NCBI GenBank assembly: GCA_045106295.1
Contig: JBGCEI010000005.1
Coordinates: 1-32,945, forward strand
Direction: 5' to 3'
DNA length: 32,945 nucleotides
Source of the DNA: Cyclobacteriaceae bacterium
GTDB taxonomy: Bacteria; Bacteroidota; Bacteroidia; Cytophagales; JAAEPT01
Shown: in pieces, positions 1 through 5,953 of the stretch
How the letters are laid out: every line of letters starts with the position of its first letter
Position numbering within the stretch: position 1 is the stretch's first letter
The notes under the pieces: generated by a model
What the model was told of the DNA's origin: nothing
The model's input: the letters and a program-made list of their open reading frames with translations, nothing else
The model's database searches: none
Program-made: the position numbers and the translations under genes

Positions 1-227
1 CTTTAGCACTTAGCCTCTAGCTTTTTTAAAATTAGTATTAGGTAACTAGTATCAGGTATCAAGAATTTAATCTTTGGTATTTACCTTAATTCAAATAATT
101 AAACCTGCTTAAAATTCCTAAATAGTAAAAATAGGCATTCATATCATCAAACCCCAAACTCCAAACCTTAAATTCCAAATTCTAGACTATAAAAATTCTA
201 AATTCTAGTGTCTAAAGTCTTAAAATA
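1..227. repeat. Intergenic tract of about 32 tandem degenerate heptanucleotide units in one register (position 1 mod 7)
   Basis: Read directly. 1-21: ctttagc/acttagc/ctctagc. 29-63: aaattag/tattagg/taactag/tatcagg/tatcaag. 148-224: caaaccc/caaactc/caaacct/taaattc/caaattc/tagacta/taaaaat/tctaaat/tctagtg/tctaaag/tcttaaa. All three blocks keep the same 7-nt phase. The middle part (64-147) is more degenerate. Confidence 0.8.
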
Positions 228-827
228 TCAATGATATTGCTCTCCTGCTCGTACCTCTATGTTTAAAAAATTTTCTCTTGGAGGGATAGGACAACTGTAG
301 CTGCTATTGTAGGCGCAGTAGGGATTTTTAGCTTCATTGAAATCTAATGTTACTTTATTCAGGCTATTGAAATCAATAGCTAAGTAACGGCCTGAAGGAT
401 AAGTAGTTTTCCCAGATGTAATGTCTGAAAAAGGAAGAAAATAATCGTTTTTATCTTCTGAGTTTTGAAGTAAGGTAAGTTGGAAAGGCTGTTTTCCAAT
501 TGAAAATTTGAGTAAAGCGTATTTTATGTAAGTCTTTTGTTCTCCCGTATTAGTAAATAACTCTAACGATTCACTAGTTGATAAAGGAACAACATCTGCG
601 GTAATTAGAAAATTGATGTTAGGTTCAAAATAGTTGATAGGAGAAAAGCTGTTTTTATTTTCTACAGGAGAGCTGCTACTATTAACTAAAAAGAGATTGT
701 ATGCCTTCCAGTAAGCAGCTATTTTTTCTCTGTGAATACCTTGTTGTGAAGAACCACTAAATACATAAATCGAAATAATGGATAGCGCACCAGCGATAAT
801 AAGAAGGGTGAATTTGGGTAGTTTCAT
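228..827 (-). CDS. DUF1684 domain-containing protein with N-terminal signal/anchor helix
   Basis: 199-aa ORF. The C-terminal pattern GRYLAIDFN..AKNPYCAYNSSYSCPIPPRENFLNIEVRAGE matches the DUF1684 hallmark (DFN.A.NP.CAY...CP.PP.eN.l...i.AGE). Hydrophobic N-terminus MKLPKFTLLIIAGALSIISIYVF. Confidence 0.7.
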   Translation of the reverse strand: MKLPKFTLLIIAGALSIISIYVFSGSSQQGIHREKIAAYWKAYNLFLVNSSSSPVENKNSFSPINYFEPNINFLITADVVPLSTSESLELFTNTGEQKTYIKYALLKFSIGKQPFQLTLLQNSEDKNDYFLPFSDITSGKTTYPSGRYLAIDFNSLNKVTLDFNEAKNPYCAYNSSYSCPIPPRENFLNIEVRAGEQYH

Positions 828-873
828 GTATTTTTAATAATCCTTTAGCTTTTTTTAATTATAGCTGTGTACC

Positions 874-915
874 TGCCTAGGCTAAGAGCTAGCGGCTAAA
901 TGCTAGAAGCTGATG
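874..915. repeat. Heptanucleotide array, GCTARNN word family (5-6 units)
   Basis: 881-915 reads gctaaga/gctagcg/gctaaat/gctagaa/gctgatg, preceded by tgcctag. The reverse complement of 1-21 (gctagag/gctaagt/gctaaag) belongs to the same word family. Confidence 0.7.
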
Positions 916-924
916 ATTGTTTTA

Positions 925-1623
925 TTAAATCATATTCTCATCAGAGAAACTAAGATAATCATTACCAGCAAAGATTACATGATCCAAGAGTTTAATGTCT
1001 AGTAATTTACAGGATTTTGTTATCTTTTGAGTGATGTTTTTATCTTCGTCACTTGCTACTAAATTGCCAGAAGGGTGGTTGTGAGTCAGTACAATCCCTG
1101 ATGCATTATGTTCAAGCGCATGTTTGAAGATTATTTTTTGGTCCACAACAGTTCCTGCAATGCCTCCCATACTAATTTGTATGGTTTTAATAACAAAGTT
1201 AGCTCTATTGACTAATGCAATCCAGCACTCTTCGTGTGCTAAGTCTTGATAGGTAGAAGACAGAAGATCGTAGACATCTTCGGAACTTATGATTTTAGGT
1301 TTTGTAACGGGTTCGGATTCTTTTCGTCTCCTGCCTAACTCTAAGGCACTTACTATCGTTAATGCTTTGGCTTCACCAATACCTTTGTGAACTTGTAATT
1401 CTTTAATTGTTTGTTTTCCTAGCTCATTTAAATCATTGTCAACATGCTTTAAAATGAGTTTAGAAAGGTCTACTGCATTCATTTCGGTATTACCAGAACC
1501 TATCAAAATAGCAATTAATTCGGCATTGCTTAGTGAAGGGAGTCCTTTATGAAGTAGTTTTTCTCTAGGTCTGTCGTCTTCTGCAAGACTAAGAATAGAG
1601 AGCTCGTTTTTTGGTTGGTCCAT
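925..1623 (-). CDS. radC: RadC-like JAB/MPN domain protein (UPF0758)
   Basis: 232 aa. N-terminal helix-hairpin-helix-like region (LSNAELIAILIGSG, GIGEAKA). C-terminal JAMM motif HNHPSG with upstream E. Typical RadC length and architecture. Confidence 0.9.
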   Translation of the reverse strand: MDQPKNELSILSLAEDDRPREKLLHKGLPSLSNAELIAILIGSGNTEMNAVDLSKLILKHVDNDLNELGKQTIKELQVHKGIGEAKALTIVSALELGRRRKESEPVTKPKIISSEDVYDLLSSTYQDLAHEECWIALVNRANFVIKTIQISMGGIAGTVVDQKIIFKHALEHNASGIVLTHNHPSGNLVASDEDKNITQKITKSCKLLDIKLLDHVIFAGNDYLSFSDENMI

Positions 1624-1627
1624 AAAT

Positions 1628-1669
1628 AGAAAAAGTCTTATGCTAAGGTAAGCATAAGACTCATTTTTT
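1628..1669 (-). terminator. Rho-independent-type hairpin downstream of rpsT (usable in both orientations)
   Basis: Stem gtcttatgct (1635-1644) pairs with agcataagac (1651-1660), extended by a1634:t1661, with loop aaggta (1645-1650). On the minus strand it is followed by TTTCTATTT, on the plus strand by CATTTTTTT. Confidence 0.55.
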
Positions 1670-1694
1670 TCTTACAAAAGAAAAAAGTAGGTTA

Positions 1695-1946
1695 CTAAAG
1701 AGCGTTAACTAACTTAGTTAATTTCGCTTTCTTGTTAGCAGCATTACTTTTATGTATGATTCTGTTTTTTGCTAATTTATCAATCATACTAGAAACTTGC
1801 TTCAATAACTCTTGAGCTTCTTTCTTATCAGTAGTACCTTCTAAACGCTTTACAAACGTTCTAGCTGTTTTATGCTGGTATCTGTTTCTAAGCCTTTTTG
1901 CTTCGTCTGATCTAATTTTTTTTATTGCCGACTTGTGATTCGCCAT
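1695..1946 (-). CDS. rpsT: 30S ribosomal protein S20
   Basis: 83 aa, very basic. N-terminus MANHKSAIKKIR...RN and the overall composition are typical of bS20. Confidence 0.95.
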   Translation of the reverse strand: MANHKSAIKKIRSDEAKRLRNRYQHKTARTFVKRLEGTTDKKEAQELLKQVSSMIDKLAKNRIIHKSNAANKKAKLTKLVNAL

Positions 1947-1971
1947 TTCTATTTACTTTATTTTAGGAATG

Positions 1972-2001
1972 CAAAATTAAGGATATTATTTTTAATTACA
2001 A
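1972..2001 (-). promoter_or_regulatory. Candidate Bacteroidota sigma-A promoter for rpsT (-33 TTG / 19-nt spacer / -7 TAATTTTG)
   Basis: The minus strand reads TTG-taattaaaaataatatcct-TAATTTTG, then 25 nt to the ATG at 1946. It fits the established Bacteroidetes TTG / TAnnTTTG consensus and spacing. Confidence 0.45.
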
Positions 2002-2257
2002 AGAAGATGCTATTGATATTTGTGAAGTAAAGGAGCTGATTATAAGGTTATGTTTTGACGTACGGGTTTTTCGGGTTTGGCTGTGAGCAATTAGTGCTAG
2101 TTCGAATTAAAAATAAGTCGATTTTAATTCTATCTTTGTTAAAAAGATAAATTACACAGAACATTCATCAGCTACTCCCATTTAAGTTTTGACATACAAA
2201 AGCTGTTAAAAAAACTAATTGCGAGAACCTAAAGGTTAATGGCTTATTTCTAACTCC

Positions 2258-3001
2258 ATGAAAGTAAACTTACTCTCTTACCCAACCACTGCTCCTGATA
2301 ATTTTAGTAAAAAAGAAGGGAAGGAGTTATTGAAAACTAATTCTAAAGCCATTGCCGAGCGTCAAAACCTTTTGATGGCAGACGGTTCTAAATCTTTGTT
2401 AGTCGTTATCCAAGGAATGGATGCTTCTGGGAAAGATAGTGCTGTAAAAGCTGTGTTTAAACGTATTTCTCCATCAGGCATACAAGTGAAGTCATTTAAG
2501 AAGCCTACTGATGAAGAATTTGCTCATGATTTTTTATGGAGAGTGCACCAACATGTTCCTGCAAAAGGAATGATTCAGGTTTTCAATAGATCACATTATG
2601 AAGATGTATTGATTCAGCGAGTGCATAAATGGATTTCTGAAGACGTAGTAGCGAAACGCTTTAATCATATCAATAATTTTGAACAATTATTAGTAGAGAC
2701 AGGTACAGAGGTGGTGAAGTTTTTCTTACACACAGATAAAGCCAAACAGCTTATAGAACTAAACGAACGTAAGACGGATCCTACCAAACATTGGAAGCAC
2801 AATAGCAACGATTACAAGGAAAGAAAGCATTGGAATAAATACATGAAAGCGTATGAGTCAGTTTTTGAAAACTGTTCTAAATCAGCTCCATGGCACATCA
2901 TTCCTTCCGATGAAAATTGGTACAAAGAGTATTTGATGTCTACAATTGTTAAAGCTAAACTCGAAGAAATGGACTTGGCTTACCCACCGTTGAAGAAATA
3001 A
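2258..3001 (+). CDS. ppk2: Polyphosphate kinase 2 family protein (polyphosphate:nucleotide phosphotransferase)
   Basis: 247 aa. Walker A-like GMDASGKD, plus FLWR..H.P..G.I.VFNRSHYEDVL, which is typical of single-domain PPK2 enzymes. Confidence 0.85.
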   Translation: MKVNLLSYPTTAPDNFSKKEGKELLKTNSKAIAERQNLLMADGSKSLLVVIQGMDASGKDSAVKAVFKRISPSGIQVKSFKKPTDEEFAHDFLWRVHQHVPAKGMIQVFNRSHYEDVLIQRVHKWISEDVVAKRFNHINNFEQLLVETGTEVVKFFLHTDKAKQLIELNERKTDPTKHWKHNSNDYKERKHWNKYMKAYESVFENCSKSAPWHIIPSDENWYKEYLMSTIVKAKLEEMDLAYPPLKK

Positions 3002-3100
3002 TAAATCTTTTCGCGCCATTCTACGAAAGTGGAAAAAGGATGCCGAATGAAACTAAAGTATGGTGAAAATATGTTGAATTAGTGGTGCTAAAACTTCTTT

Positions 3101-3256
3101 ATGGATATTTACAAACTAACGTTAATGCATGTGAGTATCCCTTCATTATTAAATAAAGTAAACTACAATAAAAGACTTCAGCAGGCAGAAAAACAGATTT
3201 TGAAAGGAAACATTATTAGTCAAGAAGGCTTAGAGAACGAAGTTGAAAACTGGTAA
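3101..3256 (+). CDS. Small antitoxin-like ORF (51 aa), possibly a remnant
   Basis: My own translation: MDIYKLTLMHVSIPSLLNKVNYNKRLQQAEKQILKGNIISQEGLENEVENW*. The tail (N..f...i..ae..i..G...s.e.l..ei..W) resembles short antitoxins that precede RelE/ParE toxins. Its stop overlaps the next ATG as TAATG. It falls below the ORF-track length cutoff. Confidence 0.35.
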   Translation: MDIYKLTLMHVSIPSLLNKVNYNKRLQQAEKQILKGNIISQEGLENEVENW

Positions 3257-3515
3257 TGAATGATTTTCAAATTATCTGGACAGAGCAAGTAAAACCAGCA
3301 CTCTAAAGTATTATTGAATTGAAAGCATGGTGGGGTATCTAATAAAGTCCTAAATTACTTCATTAATTGATTCCCAGTCTAATAGTGTATTTATCTGTGT
3401 GAGAAAAGTCTTTTTGATCTTTCTCTTGCGTAGATCAGACATATTATCTGCTAAGGTGAGGATTATTTATTTTTGCATAATTGAAAACAACCAATATTCA
3501 GCTATTTTACAATAG
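3256..3515 (+). pseudogene. Decayed RelE/ParE-family toxin gene
   Basis: It reads MNDFQIIWTEQVKPAL*SIIELKAWWGI**. The IIWTE..a...l..I..yl...WG spacing is the typical ParE/RelE N-terminus, but it is broken by an in-frame TAA at 3304-3306 and a double stop at 3341-3346. A possible C-terminal piece, VRIIYFCIIENNQYSAILQ*, lies at 3456-3515 in another frame. Confidence 0.35.
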
Positions 3516-3517
3516 CT
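3500..3517 (-). terminator. Possible weak hairpin downstream of ribBA
   Basis: agctatt (3500-3506) pairs with aatagct (3511-3517) around a 4-nt loop. On the minus strand it is followed by a T-rich but interrupted tract (gaatattggttgttttc). The stem is AT-rich, so support is weak. Confidence 0.25.
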
Positions 3518-3564
3518 CCCTGCAACGGTCTTTAAAAGTCTTACAGCCTAAGAAAAATCTGATG

Positions 3565-4782
3565 TTACTTTTTGTTTAAAATGGTGTGCCCCATTTTATC
3601 TCGTTTCGTTTTTAGATATTCTTCGTTATGAGGGTTTGGAGTTATTTCAATTGGAATTGTTTCCACAATTTCTAAACCGTAACCCGTTAATCCAGTTCTC
3701 TTTTTAGGGTTGTTAGAAATCAATCGTATTTTTGATAATCCCAATTCACGTAATATTTGGGCGCCAATACCATAGTCTCGTTGATCCATAGAAAAACCTA
3801 ATGCTAGGTTAGCTTCTACAGTATCCATGCCTTCTTCTTGTAACTTGTATGCTTTTAATTTATTCAACAAACCAATGCCTCTTCCTTCTTGATTCATATA
3901 GAGCACTACTCCTGTTCCTTCTTTTTCAACCATTTTCAGAGCATGATGAAGCTGTGGTCCACAATCACAACGGAAAGAAGCAAAAATATCACCTGTGATA
4001 CATGATGAGTGTACTCGTGTCAATACAGCTTCGTTTTTTCTCCATTTTCCTTTTGTTAAGGCAATGTGTGTTTCTCCTGTGGCTATTTGTGTGAATGCAG
4101 TGAGTTTGAAATCACCCCATTTAGTAGGCATATTCACCTCTATTTCTTTTTTAATAGAAGATTCGTGATCTAACCGGTAAGCAATTAAATCTTTAATAGC
4201 GACAAGTTTTAAATTGAACTTATCAGCTATTTTCCGTAGTTCAGGGAGTCTAGCCATAGAACCATCATCACTTAGTATTTCTACTAATACACCAGCAGGT
4301 TTTAGTCCTGCTAATCGTGCTAAGTCTACTGCCGCTTCTGTATGTCCTGTTCTTCTTAATACACCACCTCCTTTTGCTTTCAAAGGGAAAATATGTCCTG
4401 GTTTCGCTAAATCGTTCTTTTTTGTAGCTGGATCTACTAATGCTTTAATTGTTTTAGCTCTGTCACTGGCAGAAATACCTGTGGTACATCCTTGACCTAT
4501 TAAATCTACTGATACGGTGAAAGGAGTGCTGTGTAAAGCAGTGTTTTTCCCAACCATTAGGTCTAAGTTTAAGTCTTTACATCGTTCTTCAGTGATAGAA
4601 GCACAAATTAGCCCTCTGGCTTCTTTTGTCATGAAGTTTACGATCTCAGGAGTGATCCATTCAGCGGCACATATTAGATCACCTTCATTTTCTCGATCTT
4701 CATCATCTACTACAATCACTACCTCTCCATTTTTTATGGCTTCGATAGCTTCTTCAATTTTGTCTAGTTTAATATCGTTCAT
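3565..4782 (-). CDS. ribBA: Bifunctional 3,4-dihydroxy-2-butanone-4-phosphate synthase / GTP cyclohydrolase II
   Basis: DHBP synthase motifs ([18 protein letters not shown]). GTP cyclohydrolase II motifs ([10 protein letters not shown] zinc site, [20 protein letters not shown]). Start set at the ATG at 4780-4782 ([13 protein letters not shown]...). The track start at 4869 would run 86 nt into the upstream GT2 gene. Confidence 0.95.
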   Translation of the reverse strand: MNDIKLDKIEEAIEAIKNGEVVIVVDDEDRENEGDLICAAEWITPEIVNFMTKEARGLICASITEERCKDLNLDLMVGKNTALHSTPFTVSVDLIGQGCTTGISASDRAKTIKALVDPATKKNDLAKPGHIFPLKAKGGGVLRRTGHTEAAVDLARLAGLKPAGVLVEILSDDGSMARLPELRKIADKFNLKLVAIKDLIAYRLDHESSIKKEIEVNMPTKWGDFKLTAFTQIATGETHIALTKGKWRKNEAVLTRVHSSCITGDIFASFRCDCGPQLHHALKMVEKEGTGVVLYMNQEGRGIGLLNKLKAYKLQEEGMDTVEANLALGFSMDQRDYGIGAQILRELGLSKIRLISNNPKKRTGLTGYGLEIVETIPIEITPNPHNEEYLKTKRDKMGHTILNKK

Positions 4783-4783
4783 A

Positions 4784-5953
4784 TTACTGAAGTCTTTTTG
4801 TAGGTTCCCAAATACCGTTGTTTTTCTTTTGAAATACAAAGTTCCACAAACCAATGAATAATGCACCATTCATCACTAAAAAATGTGTGATAAAACGTAA
4901 ACCAAAAAAATGAATATTTAGTTTACGAAAAGCCAATTCAATTAAAGCTAAGCTGTAGAGAAATAGTTGTCCTATCAGTAAAAAAAAATAAAAATTATTG
5001 TTCTTTACTAGGTAGAGGTTACTTAATAAAATAGTAATCAGAAAGAGAGGACCTAACCAACGCAGTACTTTATGAGACCAAAAGCTAAACGCTAAGCCTT
5101 TTCGTTTCGATATGAGTAGTTTTCTGAACCGAATGAGGTTTTGAAAATTCCCTGTTGCTATTCTCTTTTTTCTCTTAAACTCCTCAAAAGACTTATTGCT
5201 GACATCTTCATGTACTAAGGCATCCAATGTTAGAATAGCATCTTGTCCTTGTTCAAGAACAGACATGCTTACATAAAAATCGTCTACAATTACATTATTT
5301 GGAGGATACGGAAATAGCTCTTCTCTGATAGCGTAAATTCCGCCAAAAGCTCCTATCATAGTTCCCCATATTATTCCTTCTTTGTATTTTATTTTATTCT
5401 CTAGAGAAGTATATTTTTCTTCTTGAAGAGAGATACCGTCTTTCTTTAAATTATAGTTTATGATATTACCAGCAACTAAACCAATGGAAGGTTTTGAAAA
5501 TGGATTAGTTAAATTCTGAATAGTAGACCTTCTAAATAAGATATTAGAATCAGTGAATAAGAGGATGTCTCCAGTGGATTTGCCTACTAATTTATTGATT
5601 ACGCCTGTTTTTCCTTCTCTTTTTTTAAAATAATAAGGAGAAATAATGTTGTGTTTTTCTGCAAAAGACTGAATTACCTTATTGGTGTTGTCTGTAGATG
5701 CATCTGACCCTATAAGGATTTCTAATTTATCTTTTGGATAATTAGTGTTTAATAAGGAGAGTAGTTTTTTGTGTAGGATTTTATCTTCATTGTAGCAGGC
5801 TAGTATAATAGAAACGGTAGGTGAGTAGTTTACAGAAGGATCAATAACAGGTAAAGAGGTGTTATTTTTCCTTACATAAAGTAAGTAAAAAGGGTATAAT
5901 ATGTAGGTGTGTGTAATAAGAAATACAGCAACCCAAAGTAGAATAGTGATCAC
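4784..5953 (-). CDS. Membrane-embedded family 2 glycosyltransferase (CESA/PgaC-like putative polysaccharide synthase)
   Basis: 389 aa. N-terminal TM helix, then a GT-A core ([39 protein letters not shown] in the position of the QxxRW motif), then about 3 C-terminal TM helices. GTG start at 5953 overlaps the upstream stop (GTGA). Its stop at 4784-4786 is 1 nt from the ribBA ATG. Confidence 0.8.
   Translation of the reverse strand: MITILLWVAVFLITHTYILYPFYLLYVRKNNTSLPVIDPSVNYSPTVSIILACYNEDKILHKKLLSLLNTNYPKDKLEILIGSDASTDNTNKVIQSFAEKHNIISPYYFKKREGKTGVINKLVGKSTGDILLFTDSNILFRRSTIQNLTNPFSKPSIGLVAGNIINYNLKKDGISLQEEKYTSLENKIKYKEGIIWGTMIGAFGGIYAIREELFPYPPNNVIVDDFYVSMSVLEQGQDAILTLDALVHEDVSNKSFEEFKRKKRIATGNFQNLIRFRKLLISKRKGLAFSFWSHKVLRWLGPLFLITILLSNLYLVKNNNFYFFLLIGQLFLYSLALIELAFRKLNIHFFGLRFITHFLVMNGALFIGLWNFVFQKKNNGIWEPTKRLQ

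Noticed and set aside
4214-4861. Plus-strand ORFs 4214-4495 and 4517-4861
   Set aside because: Both lie entirely antisense to the well-supported ribBA gene. Their translations are low-complexity (S/F/A-rich) with no recognisable motifs. They are shadow ORFs.
4783-4869. N-terminal extension of ribBA (track start at 4869)
   Set aside because: It would overlap the GT2 gene by 86 nt and add 29 residues ([16 protein letters not shown]...) that are not part of DHBP synthases. The ATG at 4782 gives the normal [13 protein letters not shown] start, 1 nt after the GT2 stop.
4783-4900. FMN riboswitch upstream of ribBA
   Set aside because: ribBA starts 1 nt after the GT2 stop codon, so there is no non-coding leader in which an FMN element could sit.
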